Positions 36,251 to 46,308 of a DNA stretch of 64,000 bases are shown here, piece after piece. The translations under genes and the position numbers were made by a program. Under the pieces are notes generated by a model. The model did no database searches, was not told where the DNA came from, and was given only the letters and a program-made list of their open reading frames with translations. The DNA lies in assembly GCA_012522435.1 (NCBI GenBank), contig JAAYKK010000096.1, positions 13,773 to 77,772 of the forward strand, in the 5' to 3' direction. Source of the stretch: Clostridiaceae bacterium. Its GTDB lineage: Bacteria; Bacillota; Clostridia; Saccharofermentanales; DTU023. Numbering within the stretch: position 1 is the stretch's first letter; every line of letters begins with the position of its first letter.

Positions 36251-37672
36251 ATGGGATTTGGCATGGAAGACACCCAAGGCGCAATAATTAGAGTTATTGG
36301 TGTCGGTGGTGGCGGTTGTAATGCTGTTGATAGAATGATAGAAAACGCGGTGCAAGGTATTGAGTTTATAGCTGTTAATACCGATATTCAAGCACTGCAA
36401 AGATCTAAAGCACAAGTACCTATTCAAATTGGTGAAAAAGTAACTCGTGGATTAGGCGCGGGTGCAAATCCGGAAATGGGTCAAAAAGCTGCTGAAGAAT
36501 CAGCAGAAGAAATTGAGCAAGCGATTGAGGGATCTGACATGTTGTTTGTTACTGCCGGTATGGGTGGTGGAACAGGTACAGGAGCAGCCCCGGTTGTTGC
36601 ACAAATTGCCAGAAAACTTGGCATATTGACAGTAGGTGTTGTCACCAGACCTTTCCGTTTTGAAGGTGCCAGACGTTCACAGAATGCTGAACGTGGAATT
36701 AGAGAATTAGAACAATATGTTGATTCATTAGTTATTGTGCCGAATGATAAATTATTGGATATTGCGAGTGAAGATACAACGGTCAATGAAGCTTTCGGGC
36801 TAGCAGATCGCGTATTACGTTTCGGTGTTACAGGAATTTCAGATTTGATTGCTGTGCCGGGATTAATCAACTTGGACTTAGCTGACGTAAGAAGAGTTAT
36901 GACTAATGCCGGTATCTGCCATATGGGTATTGGTTCAGCAGCCGGGGAAAGCAGAGCTGCTACAGCTATTCGTCAGGCTATTAACAGTCCTTTGCTTGAT
37001 ACAACTATCGATGGAGCTAGTGGTGTTATTGTTAATGTTACCGGTGGCATGGATATGAGAATCAAAGAGATTGATGAAGCTGTTTCTCAAGTGCGTGATT
37101 CGGCATCACCTGAAGCTGATATTATTTTCGGTGCTGTAATAGATGAGAATATGCAAGATGAGATGATGATTACCGTTATAGCCAGCGGTTTTTCAAACTC
37201 CAGTGCAGGTAGTAGCCAACGCTCAGGTCAACAACCTCGCTATTCCGGATTTAGCTCAAAAAAAGGAACAACTGATCAAAAAACAGGTTATGAAGATAGC
37301 GGTCTAGACTTTTTGCGGACAGGTGAAAGAAAAGAACAATTCAGTCGTCAGCAGCCTCAACCTGCTGAACAACGCGAAGACGGCGGGTTTGGCTTGCCTT
37401 CAGTAAGCCAAGAATCCGAGGCTATGAGAAGTACTCCGGATATCAAACGTGAGCCGAGCTTCAGACCAAGTTCACAAACTAGAGATAGTGAGGCGGTAGC
37501 CGATCTGGTCCATCAAGTATCCGAAGATACAATGCGTGATACCGGTGATCGTACTGAATCCCTGGATGATGATTCAACTAATTCAAGAAATGAAGATAAG
37601 TCAGAAAAACCATCTCGTGGCGGTAGGATTTTACCCTGGATTTTACAAGACGATGATGATTTTGATGAGTAA
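36251..37672 (+). CDS. ftsZ: Cell division GTPase FtsZ
   Basis: [14 protein letters not shown] and [12 protein letters not shown] tubulin signature. Start chosen at ATG 36251 (GGTGGA SD 7 nt upstream), but in-frame TTG 36236 after AAGGAG is an alternative. Long disordered C-terminal linker of about 160 aa, ending [15 protein letters not shown]. Confidence 0.95.
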   Translation: MGFGMEDTQGAIIRVIGVGGGGCNAVDRMIENAVQGIEFIAVNTDIQALQRSKAQVPIQIGEKVTRGLGAGANPEMGQKAAEESAEEIEQAIEGSDMLFVTAGMGGGTGTGAAPVVAQIARKLGILTVGVVTRPFRFEGARRSQNAERGIRELEQYVDSLVIVPNDKLLDIASEDTTVNEAFGLADRVLRFGVTGISDLIAVPGLINLDLADVRRVMTNAGICHMGIGSAAGESRAATAIRQAINSPLLDTTIDGASGVIVNVTGGMDMRIKEIDEAVSQVRDSASPEADIIFGAVIDENMQDEMMITVIASGFSNSSAGSSQRSGQQPRYSGFSSKKGTTDQKTGYEDSGLDFLRTGERKEQFSRQQPQPAEQREDGGFGLPSVSQESEAMRSTPDIKREPSFRPSSQTRDSEAVADLVHQVSEDTMRDTGDRTESLDDDSTNSRNEDKSEKPSRGGRILPWILQDDDDFDE

Positions 37673-37724
37673 GATGAGTAACTAGATCAAAATTACTTAA
37701 ATTATTTTGTATGCTTTTTAGTTC

Positions 37725-37757
37725 AGCCGGTCGGGATTCATTTCGGACCGGCTTTTT
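37725..37757 (+). terminator. Rho-independent terminator after ftsZ
   Basis: AGCCGGTC-13 nt loop-GACCGGCT followed by TTTT. Confidence 0.85.
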
Positions 37758-37780
37758 AACCTTATTGACGGAGGTTTAAT

Positions 37781-38239
37781 ATGAAATGTCCATTTTGCGG
37801 CCATGCCGAAGATAAAGTTAATGATTCACGCCAGATAGATGATGGTGAAACAATTCGCAGAAGACGCGAATGTTTGAATTGCAAGCAAAGATTTACCACT
37901 TATGAACGAGTTGAAAAGATCAATCTGTTTGTTATAAAACAAGATGGCAGTAGACAACAATTTGATCGTGAGAAATTAATTCAAGGTATTTTGAAAAGTA
38001 GTGCTAAAAGACCGGTGACGCTCGAACAAATAGAAAGTATCGTTAATCAGATTGAAAATCAAAATAGTAATTTATTGCGTAAAGAGATCACTTCGACCGA
38101 GATAGGGGAACAGGTAATGGCTCAATTAAAAAACATTGATGAGGTTGCCTATATTAGATTTGCATCCGTTTACAAAGATTTTGATGATTTGCAATCATTT
38201 ATTAATGAGTTACATTATATAATGGATGAAGATGAATAG
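37781..38239 (+). CDS. nrdR: Transcriptional repressor NrdR
   Basis: MKCPFCG...CLNC zinc ribbon followed by an ATP-cone. 152 aa. Confidence 0.95.
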   Translation: MKCPFCGHAEDKVNDSRQIDDGETIRRRRECLNCKQRFTTYERVEKINLFVIKQDGSRQQFDREKLIQGILKSSAKRPVTLEQIESIVNQIENQNSNLLRKEITSTEIGEQVMAQLKNIDEVAYIRFASVYKDFDDLQSFINELHYIMDEDE

Positions 38240-38262
38240 AGTGGAATTCAAGGAAATAAAAA

Positions 38263-38967
38263 ATGACGAAGATTTTAATTGTTGATGATGATCCGCATAT
38301 TAATGAATTAGTAGAGATATACTTTTCTGCTGACGGATTCAAAACTTTTTCCTGTCTGGATGGTGAAACTGCCCTGGAGAAATTTGATCAGGTCAAACCC
38401 GATCTTGTGATTTTGGATTTGATGTTGCCGGGGAAGAGTGGTTTTGATGTTTTGCGTATTTTGCGAAAAACATCGGATGTTCCGGTGATTATGCTGACAG
38501 CCAGAGGAGATACTCTGGACCAAGTCGTGGGTCTTGAGCTTGGGGCAGACGATTACGTAACAAAACCCTTTGAACCTAAAGAGCTGATTGCCAGAGTCAA
38601 GGCAGTATTGCGTAGGACCAGAGGTGATTTAGGCAGTATTGATAAAAGACAACCTATAGATGACAATGTGGTTGAATATCCGGGATTTATTTTAGATAAA
38701 AACAACTATTCTCTACAGTTGGAAGGTAGGAGTTATTCCTTACCACCTAAAGAAATGGAACTATTATTTTTCTTAGCCAAAAATCCGAATCATGTGTTTA
38801 CCAGAGAGCAATTATTGGAAAACATTTGGGGTTTTGATTATTTGGGTGAATCACGAACAGTTGATGTACATGTTAAGCGCTTAAGGGAAAAGTTGGACAA
38901 AACTGAACATCCCGGTTGGAATCTGGTTACGGTTTGGAGTGTAGGCTATAAATTTGAGACATCTTGA
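38263..38967 (+). CDS. OmpR-family response regulator
   Basis: Receiver domain with DDD near the N-terminus and the phospho-acceptor in LVILDLMLPG. C-terminal winged-helix domain (TVWSVGYKF). Confidence 0.93.
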   Translation: MTKILIVDDDPHINELVEIYFSADGFKTFSCLDGETALEKFDQVKPDLVILDLMLPGKSGFDVLRILRKTSDVPVIMLTARGDTLDQVVGLELGADDYVTKPFEPKELIARVKAVLRRTRGDLGSIDKRQPIDDNVVEYPGFILDKNNYSLQLEGRSYSLPPKEMELLFFLAKNPNHVFTREQLLENIWGFDYLGESRTVDVHVKRLREKLDKTEHPGWNLVTVWSVGYKFETS

Positions 38968-38982
38968 TTTGCAGATAATATT

Positions 38983-40521
38983 ATGAAAAAGAAAACAGAT
39001 AAACCTTTTCATAAATTAAGCATTTATCGAAAAACTTTGATCTGGATGATTTTAGCTATTTTAGTCATCTTCTTAATTTTGGCTGTGGTTTATTCAATTC
39101 TCTATACTCAAGCCAGGATTGAACAATTAGAAGTTCAACTCCTGAGCGCTGCACAGGCTGCAGTAGAGAGAGCTGAGACCAATATGGATGACAACAATAT
39201 TAACTTTGTCTCAACGCATCAGGAACGAGGTTATTTGTCTTTTACTGCCAAGTCTACAGACAGTATTGTTTGGCTTATTAACAGTAAGGGACAAATTATT
39301 TACCATTCGGCTTTACCTAAATCAGCACGTGAAAATTTAGAAATAGATGAAATGAAACTGCCGATTTTATCACAAGAGATGTTGAATACCAGCGCGATTA
39401 ATGTTGACGGCTTCAGCGAATTGGGGAATTATTTCAGCCTTTTACCTCAAGATGAACAATGGTTGACTGTATCCTATCCTTTATCAGGATCTTATGGATA
39501 CGGAGGCGAGATAATGTTGCACCACTCTTTGGGAGAAAATAGATTTTCATTTGTTTTGGGTGAAGAAAGTCTCTGGGTTTCCATGTTTATTGCATTTGTC
39601 TTTGCAATTTTTATCATTATTGTATTATCAAGAAATATTACACGACCAATCAGCAAAATCGTAAAAACTGCAGAAGACGTTTATCATGGTAATCTGCAAG
39701 CAAGAGTTTATTTAAAACAAAATAGTGAACCGCTTTATATTCATGAATCGATTGAGCATAAAGAAGATGACATCATGATTTTGGTTCGAACTATGAATAC
39801 TTTAATTTCAAAATGGGAAAAACAGGAAAATGAGCGAGATGACTTTACATCATCTATTTCACATGATTTACGGACGCCTTTAACATCAATTAAAGGTTTT
39901 TTAGGGGCGATCCGTGATGGCACAATCCCGGAAGAAAACAAACAACATTATTTGGATATTGTTTATCAAGAAGTAGATCGTTTACAAAAACTGATCGAAA
40001 ATTTATTTGATACAACAACTATCGGGAAATATAAAGAGTTACATAAGACCGTATTCGATATTGAATATTTGATCCAGGAAGTCATCTCCAGCCTTAATTC
40101 AATGATCAATCAAAAATCAATTCATATCAATTTAGATTGTCAATTAACAGATGATGAATTATCTGTCGTTGCAGATCGGGATGCTATTCAAAGAGTTATT
40201 TATAACATTCTGAGTAATGCGATTAAATATACTCCGGATAATGGATTTATTCGAGTCGGAATTTTACCTAAAGATGAGCAAAGAGTCACCATCTCAATAG
40301 AAGATGATGGTGAAGGAATATCAAAAGAAGACCGCACACATATTTTTGAAAGATTTTTTAAAGTAAATAAGAGCAGAAATACCGAAGGATCCGGCATGGG
40401 GCTTTATATTGCAAGAACGCTCCTTTCAATGCATGAGCAAAGCATTTTTGTCGGTGAAAGTTCTTTGGGCGGAGCACGTTTCACATTTACCTTAGAAAAA
40501 ACTAAAGCCAGAAAAATTTAA
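38983..40521 (+). CDS. Sensor histidine kinase (2 TM, extracytoplasmic domain, HAMP, HisKA, HATPase_c)
   Basis: H-box SSISHDLRTPLTS, N-box LSNAIKYTP, G-boxes DDGEGI and GSGMGL. Confidence 0.92.
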   Translation: MKKKTDKPFHKLSIYRKTLIWMILAILVIFLILAVVYSILYTQARIEQLEVQLLSAAQAAVERAETNMDDNNINFVSTHQERGYLSFTAKSTDSIVWLINSKGQIIYHSALPKSARENLEIDEMKLPILSQEMLNTSAINVDGFSELGNYFSLLPQDEQWLTVSYPLSGSYGYGGEIMLHHSLGENRFSFVLGEESLWVSMFIAFVFAIFIIIVLSRNITRPISKIVKTAEDVYHGNLQARVYLKQNSEPLYIHESIEHKEDDIMILVRTMNTLISKWEKQENERDDFTSSISHDLRTPLTSIKGFLGAIRDGTIPEENKQHYLDIVYQEVDRLQKLIENLFDTTTIGKYKELHKTVFDIEYLIQEVISSLNSMINQKSIHINLDCQLTDDELSVVADRDAIQRVIYNILSNAIKYTPDNGFIRVGILPKDEQRVTISIEDDGEGISKEDRTHIFERFFKVNKSRNTEGSGMGLYIARTLLSMHEQSIFVGESSLGGARFTFTLEKTKARKI

Positions 40522-40539
40522 TAAGGATGGTGATTTCGC

Positions 40540-41793
40540 ATGAAATGTATAAAAAAATCTTTTATCCATTTTATCATACTGGTAATTATCTTTTCGCTTG
40601 TTCAAAGCTCTAATCTACAAACAGTCTTTGCTCAAGAAAGTTCTGAATCTGAAGCAGAGTCTGTGGTTGAGTCTGCAGATCCTTTGTTTGAAGATTTAGC
40701 AGGATCTGAAGAAATTGCACAAGAAGAGTCGAATCAACCTCCGATTTCAGAGAGTAAACTTAATCTGTTAAAAGAATTCCCTTTTGAATCTATAGTTGGT
40801 TTTTCTTGGCCTTTATATTCAGAACGTCCTTTAAATGAAATTTACACTGAATCTTCAGCTAAAGTTGGCGCTATCTATACCGGTAAAACGGCTGCTAATC
40901 AAGAACCTACAACATATAAAGTGATAGCAAATGGATTTTTCATCTCGGCGGATGGTTACTTTTTAACAACTTATCATCGGATGAAAGATGTGTTTGACGA
41001 GAGAAATTTGATCGATTCTACAATTGAACTTAAATTACAAACTCATCACAGTCTAAAATTGATCGACCTTACTTTAGTCAAATCGGATCCTGAAGGAGAT
41101 TTGATAATTTTTCAAGCTGATTTGGACCAGTTGGGTTTAAGCGAAGTTCCTTTTGTTGAATTTTCTCAGTTTTCGCCGACGCTAGGACAACCGGTATTCG
41201 GTATAGGATTTCCTGATATTTTAGCTGTTGAGGGAGGACTTTATCCCGGCTTTATAACGGAAATCGGTACTACCGAAGTGCTTGATTCTGGATATGGTCT
41301 TACCAAAATTGTGAGTAGCGGCTTGATTCCCAGTACTGCAAATGGTTGTCTAATTGTAAATTCCGGTGGACAAGCGATCGGGATTTCTTCTACAGGTGGT
41401 ATTAGATCGATTAGTGATCGCTACAGTATATTTTATACCTCGAATCAAATCGTGAACAGACTTGATTATTTGCTTTCAGGGGATGCTGAGCAGAGTATGG
41501 TTTGGACAGGTATGACTTTATTATCCGATTCGGATTATGCACGTCTGGTTCAGACTTTCGATCTTCCGAACGGTTGTTTTGTGACCGATGTATTTATCGA
41601 CGGTCCGGCTTATGTAAGTGATATCCGAAAAGATGATATTATTTTATCAGTAAATGACCAAACGATTAATTCGGGCAGTGAATTTCGTGAGCTGCTAATA
41701 AATCATCAAATGGATGATGCTTTAGAAATAAAAATATACAGACCTAATCTGGATAAAGAATATGTACGTACACTTTATCTAGATTTTAAATAA
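40540..41793 (+). CDS. Secreted trypsin-like serine protease with C-terminal PDZ domain (HtrA/S1C-like)
   Basis: Signal peptide and an acidic linker. Putative triad His (TTYHRM), Asp (GDLIIFQAD) and Ser (VNSGGQAIG). PDZ-like C-terminus. Follows a two-component system, like the CssRS-HtrA arrangement. Confidence 0.75.
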   Translation: MKCIKKSFIHFIILVIIFSLVQSSNLQTVFAQESSESEAESVVESADPLFEDLAGSEEIAQEESNQPPISESKLNLLKEFPFESIVGFSWPLYSERPLNEIYTESSAKVGAIYTGKTAANQEPTTYKVIANGFFISADGYFLTTYHRMKDVFDERNLIDSTIELKLQTHHSLKLIDLTLVKSDPEGDLIIFQADLDQLGLSEVPFVEFSQFSPTLGQPVFGIGFPDILAVEGGLYPGFITEIGTTEVLDSGYGLTKIVSSGLIPSTANGCLIVNSGGQAIGISSTGGIRSISDRYSIFYTSNQIVNRLDYLLSGDAEQSMVWTGMTLLSDSDYARLVQTFDLPNGCFVTDVFIDGPAYVSDIRKDDIILSVNDQTINSGSEFRELLINHQMDDALEIKIYRPNLDKEYVRTLYLDFK

Positions 41794-41817
41794 GACACGA
41801 AAAAATAAGGAGATATT

Positions 41818-42525
41818 ATGGCAAAGCTTTCATTGAAAGCAAAACGTGAATTGGCTTTATTATTAATAGAACAACTTGAACAAACTTATCCGAACCTAGA
41901 AATGACTCTTAACTATACAAATGCTTGGGAACTCTTGGTCGGCGGAATATTAGGTGCGCAAACAACTGATGAACAAGTAAATCGAGTTACAGCTGAACTT
42001 TTTGTTAAATATCCTACGATCGAAGATTTTGCTACTTTAACTCTGGAACAATTAACCGAAGATATTAAAACAGTAGGCTTGTATAGAAATAAAGCTAAAG
42101 CCTTATTAGGCAGTTCAAAAATGATTCTCGAACAATTTGACGGTGTGGTACCGAAAGAGAGAAAAGAGTTATTAGCATTACCCGGGGTAGGTCCTAAAAT
42201 TGCAAGTCTCGTTCGAGGTGATTTTTATAAAATTCCGGCAGTTGTAGTCGATACACATTGTGGCAGAATCAGTCAATTATTGGGGCTTGCCATAACCAAA
42301 AATCCGCAAAGTATTGAGCGCGAGTTAATGCAAGTGTTGCCGGAAGATTATTGGATCAGGTGGGGGCATTTCATGGTCACTCATGGGCGTGAATATTGTA
42401 AAGCCAGATGTCGGGCCTGTTTGGATTGTCCTTTAGCAAAATTGTGCCAATATACACAGCAGAAGTCGGTGCGAGAAAAAATGGAATTTGCTCTGGTAAC
42501 AGAGCAACAAAATGGTTGTTTCTAA
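41818..42525 (+). CDS. nth: Endonuclease III
   Basis: HhH-GPD domain (LPGVGPKIASLV, VDTHCGR). 4Fe-4S cluster loop C-x6-C-x2-C-x5-C (CKARCRACLDCPLAKLC). Confidence 0.92.
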   Translation: MAKLSLKAKRELALLLIEQLEQTYPNLEMTLNYTNAWELLVGGILGAQTTDEQVNRVTAELFVKYPTIEDFATLTLEQLTEDIKTVGLYRNKAKALLGSSKMILEQFDGVVPKERKELLALPGVGPKIASLVRGDFYKIPAVVVDTHCGRISQLLGLAITKNPQSIERELMQVLPEDYWIRWGHFMVTHGREYCKARCRACLDCPLAKLCQYTQQKSVREKMEFALVTEQQNGCF

Positions 42526-44597
42526 TGAATTTCAAACAGACCAGTCTTTCATCTTTAAATCAAGTTTCTGAAAAACGTTCAGCATTATTTAAAAAATTAC
42601 AGATTAATAATCTGGAAGATCTTCTATTTTTCTTCCCACGTGATTATGAAGATTGGACCGAGATCATTCCCTTACATTTAGTTGAAGACGGGGCAACAGT
42701 TACCGTAAAAGCAAAGATAATTTCTCAACCTAAGCTCCAATATCGGGGCAGATTATCTTGGTTACGTACTTCACTTAGTGATGGTGCAACCGTTATTTCT
42801 GCAATTTGGTTTAACCAGCCTTGGTTGAGCAAAAAATTGCAAGTAGATTTTGAATATTATTTTCATGGAAAAGTTCAACGCCAGGGTAACAGTTTTTCTC
42901 TACAGAATCCTCAGTTTTTTGATCAAACGGAATATGAACAACAAAAAATTCAGGCTATATATCCATTAACTGCCGGTTTAACCCAGAACCTATTACGAAA
43001 TGCAGTCAATCAGACTCTTGCCCTATATGATAATTATTTAATCGATCCTTTGCCTGATCAGGTAAGACAAGATAATCAGCTCAGCACTTTAGAATTTTCT
43101 TTAGAAAAGATTCATCAGCCTCAAGACAAATATGAACATGTTTTAGCCAGAAAAAGATTGGCTTTTGAGGAGTTGTTTTTAGTCAGAGCGGCACTTTATC
43201 TATTAAAAAGAAAAAGACAATCGGAATTAATTGCAAATGTTCTGGAACCAAGTCCGCAAATCAGAGAAAAAATGAATGCTTTAAGATCGAGCTTGGCATT
43301 TGAATTAACCGGGGCGCAAATCAGAGCAATTAACGATCTCTTGCGCGATATGAGACAAGTTCAACCGATGAATCGTTTATTGCAAGGCGATGTCGGCTCA
43401 GGAAAAACAATGGTAGCAGCTTTTGGCTTAGCATATGCTGTCTGGTCCGGAGGTCAAGCAATATTTATGGCACCGACTTCAATTTTGGCCATGCAGCATT
43501 TTGAAACCTTGAGCAGTATGCTGGAACCTGTCGGGATTAAAATTGAGCTATTGACCGGACAAACAAGTGCTAAAAAGAGACGCGAAATTTTGGATGCTGC
43601 AGAAAAACAGGAGCTAGATGTTATCATCGGAACTCATGCCGTATTGGAAAAAGATTTGATTTTAAACAATCCGGTTTTGACAATTACTGATGAACAGCAC
43701 CGTTTTGGAGTTGCTCAAAGATCTGCTCTGGCAGATTTTGAACAAAAGCGATTTTATCCGCATCGCCTAGTTATGTCTGCCACTCCGATTCCCAGAACTT
43801 TGGGTTTGATTTTATATGGGGATTTGGACTTGTCGATTATGGATGAATTGCCTCAAGGTAGAAAACCAATTCAAACCTATACCGCAAAATCTGAAGACAT
43901 GCCCAGAATTTATAAAATAATGCGCCAAACAGTTGAGAGGTCTGAGCAAATATATGTAGTCTGTCCTCTAATTGAAGACTCCGATCTTACGGATCTGGAA
44001 TCCGCTGAATCGACATATGAGAAACTTTCACAAAAAATATTTCCTGATTTGCAAGTCGGTTTAATGCACGGCTCCTTGAAAGCTGATCAAAAAAATCAAG
44101 TTATGGAGCAATTCGTAGCAGGAGAAATAGACATTTTAGTCAGTACAACAGTAATTGAAGTCGGGGTCGATAATCCAAATGCGACTCTGATGCTGATCCA
44201 AAATGCGGAACGTTTTGGTTTGGCACAATTACATCAACTAAGAGGCAGAATAGGACGCAGTGATTTGGTATCAATTTGTATCTTGCTTAGTGATTCAGAA
44301 GATGAACTTGCTTTAGAACGTTTAAAAACACTTTGTCAGACACAAGACGGTTTTGAAATAGCTGAACAAGATTTAAAACTGCGTGGACCCGGTGACTTCT
44401 TCGGGACTAAACAACATGGTTTACCACAATTCAAATTAATCAATCTGTATCAAGATCATCAGATAATTGAAAGAGTCAATAGATCATTTCAAAAAATAAT
44501 TGAACAAGATCCCGATCTAAAGTCACAAAACAATCAAAACATTGTCAAAGCAATCAAACAGCGTTATCCTGAATTATTGATGGGTATTACCTTATAA
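42525..44597 (+). CDS. recG: ATP-dependent DNA helicase RecG
   Basis: Wedge/OB N-terminus, GDVGSGKT Walker A, DEQHRFG, and the TPIPRT and QLHQLRGRIGR motifs. I moved the start to ATG 42525 (TAATG overlap with the nth stop). The track start at 42408 lies inside nth. Confidence 0.95.
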   Translation: MNFKQTSLSSLNQVSEKRSALFKKLQINNLEDLLFFFPRDYEDWTEIIPLHLVEDGATVTVKAKIISQPKLQYRGRLSWLRTSLSDGATVISAIWFNQPWLSKKLQVDFEYYFHGKVQRQGNSFSLQNPQFFDQTEYEQQKIQAIYPLTAGLTQNLLRNAVNQTLALYDNYLIDPLPDQVRQDNQLSTLEFSLEKIHQPQDKYEHVLARKRLAFEELFLVRAALYLLKRKRQSELIANVLEPSPQIREKMNALRSSLAFELTGAQIRAINDLLRDMRQVQPMNRLLQGDVGSGKTMVAAFGLAYAVWSGGQAIFMAPTSILAMQHFETLSSMLEPVGIKIELLTGQTSAKKRREILDAAEKQELDVIIGTHAVLEKDLILNNPVLTITDEQHRFGVAQRSALADFEQKRFYPHRLVMSATPIPRTLGLILYGDLDLSIMDELPQGRKPIQTYTAKSEDMPRIYKIMRQTVERSEQIYVVCPLIEDSDLTDLESAESTYEKLSQKIFPDLQVGLMHGSLKADQKNQVMEQFVAGEIDILVSTTVIEVGVDNPNATLMLIQNAERFGLAQLHQLRGRIGRSDLVSICILLSDSEDELALERLKTLCQTQDGFEIAEQDLKLRGPGDFFGTKQHGLPQFKLINLYQDHQIIERVNRSFQKIIEQDPDLKSQNNQNIVKAIKQRYPELLMGITL

Positions 44598-44614
44598 CTT
44601 AAGGAGGTGAGAGT

Positions 44615-45181
44615 ATGCCCAGAATCATAACAGGAACTGCCGGGGGCATAAGATTAGAAACTAATCAACATGAACAAATGCGACCGACTACGGATCGTTT
44701 TAAAGAGGCGGTTTTTTCAGGCTTGCAAGGCAAACAGCAATATGGAAGATTAAACAGTTTTTTGGATTTGTTTTCCGGTTGTGGTCAAATTGGCTTGGAA
44801 GCAAAGAGCAGAGGTGTTAAGGATGTCGTTTTGGTAGAGCAAAACAGACAAGCTATCAGAACAATCAAAGAAAATATTAAGAAAACAAAACTTGATGTTG
44901 AATTGATGCCGTTCAATGCAGAAAGAGCAATTCGTCAACTGTCGAATGCGAACCGTGAATTTGATATAATTTATTTTGACCCGCCATGGCAAGAGTTGAA
45001 TGAACTTTGGTGGGCAGAAGAGTTCAATATCTATGACATTTTACATGAAGATGGTCAGGTGCTGATTGAACATTCAAGAAAACTGGAACCTCAGTTCAAC
45101 AAAAATTTGTGGACTGTAGCGAAACATAGAAATTATGGACAAAATACTTTATTGGTTTTAGAGCCAAATAAGGAGGCATAA
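44615..45181 (+). CDS. rsmD: 16S rRNA (guanine966-N2)-methyltransferase
   Basis: RPTTDRFKEAVF, DLFSGCGQIGLEA and FDPPW motifs. Confidence 0.9.
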   Translation: MPRIITGTAGGIRLETNQHEQMRPTTDRFKEAVFSGLQGKQQYGRLNSFLDLFSGCGQIGLEAKSRGVKDVVLVEQNRQAIRTIKENIKKTKLDVELMPFNAERAIRQLSNANREFDIIYFDPPWQELNELWWAEEFNIYDILHEDGQVLIEHSRKLEPQFNKNLWTVAKHRNYGQNTLLVLEPNKEA

Positions 45182-45182
45182 T

Positions 45183-45680
45183 TTGCAAAAGCAAAGCGTG
45201 TGGATATTTTCAGGAACTTTTGATCCTTTTACGGTTGGCCATTTAGATGTTGTCGAACGTGCGGTGAAATTATGTGACAAATTAGTGATCAGTGTGCATG
45301 CTTCAGGTGATAAACGGACGGTTTTTTCAATCGATGAAAGAATTGAAATGATTTTACTTGCTACTACACACTGTGATAATATCGAAGTTATAAGTTTTCA
45401 AGGTTTGATTGCTGATGTTTTTGATCAGGTTTCAGCTTCTGCAATAGTCAGAGGGATTCGCAATGGGCAAGATCTTTATTATGAATCGCCAATGGCGGAA
45501 ATCAATCATAGATTAAATCAAAACTTGGAAACCGTTTTTCTGTTGTGTCGTAATGAACTGACTCACGTCAGTTCTTCAAACGTTCGCGAATTGGGTAATT
45601 TGGGTGGCGATTTATTAAAAATGGTACCCGATTGCAATTTGGAATTTATCCAAACCAGATTCGCCGAGCTGAGGCAATAG
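45183..45680 (+). CDS. coaD: Phosphopantetheine adenylyltransferase
   Basis: GTFDPFTVGH (HxGH-type) and SSSNVRE motifs. TTG start. Confidence 0.93.
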   Translation: MQKQSVWIFSGTFDPFTVGHLDVVERAVKLCDKLVISVHASGDKRTVFSIDERIEMILLATTHCDNIEVISFQGLIADVFDQVSASAIVRGIRNGQDLYYESPMAEINHRLNQNLETVFLLCRNELTHVSSSNVRELGNLGGDLLKMVPDCNLEFIQTRFAELRQ

Positions 45681-45708
45681 AGATTTTGAACAGCACAGGA
45701 GGAAGATT

Positions 45709-46290
45709 ATGGACAATCAAAACGATCTGAATTATCGATCCGGACATTTAAATGAAGAGGATTACGAACCGGACTATCAACAACCGGTTCAACGTGAACG
45801 CAGATCAGGTTTAGGCCAAAACCGTAACAGAACAGATCAACTTATTGATAACAGTATTGAAGACGTTTTAGTAAAACTTGAAGAAACTTTACACGCTGCG
45901 AGAAAAGTACCCCTATCTGATCAATGTATGGTGGATCGTGAAGAGATTTTATTTTTGTTGGATCTTTTGCGAGAGCAATTGCCGGAAGAATTGAGACAAG
46001 CAAAATGGCTCCTGCAACAAAACAGACAATTGATTGCCGAAGCGCGTAAAGAGGCTGAATCGATTTTGCATGATGCTGAAATCAAAATGTCTCGGATGAT
46101 TGATGAACATGAAATAACTCAACAAGCAAAAATTGAAGCCCAAAGAATTGTTGATGATGCTAATACTCAAAGTCGCCAGATCCAAACCAGTACGATGGAC
46201 TATGTACGCAATAATCTGGATGACTTAGAAGATCAGTTGACTGAAATGTTAGTTTATATTCAAAAGAATAAAAAAGATTTAGATTTTTAA
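45709..46290 (+). CDS. Coiled-coil protein of unknown function (resembles ATP synthase b / V-ATPase subunit H-like helical proteins)
   Basis: 193 aa. Disordered N-terminus, then a long charged helix (ELRQAKWLLQQNRQLIAEARKEAESILHDAE...). GGAGGA SD. No catalytic motif. Confidence 0.55.
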   Translation: MDNQNDLNYRSGHLNEEDYEPDYQQPVQRERRSGLGQNRNRTDQLIDNSIEDVLVKLEETLHAARKVPLSDQCMVDREEILFLLDLLREQLPEELRQAKWLLQQNRQLIAEARKEAESILHDAEIKMSRMIDEHEITQQAKIEAQRIVDDANTQSRQIQTSTMDYVRNNLDDLEDQLTEMLVYIQKNKKDLDF

Positions 46291-46308
46291 ATAAATTAAG
46301 GGAAATTA

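Noticed and set aside
42408-42524. Track start for recG lying 117 nt inside nth
   Set aside because: The extension translates out-of-frame nth sequence. The conserved RecG N-terminus begins at ATG 42525, which overlaps the nth stop (TAATG).
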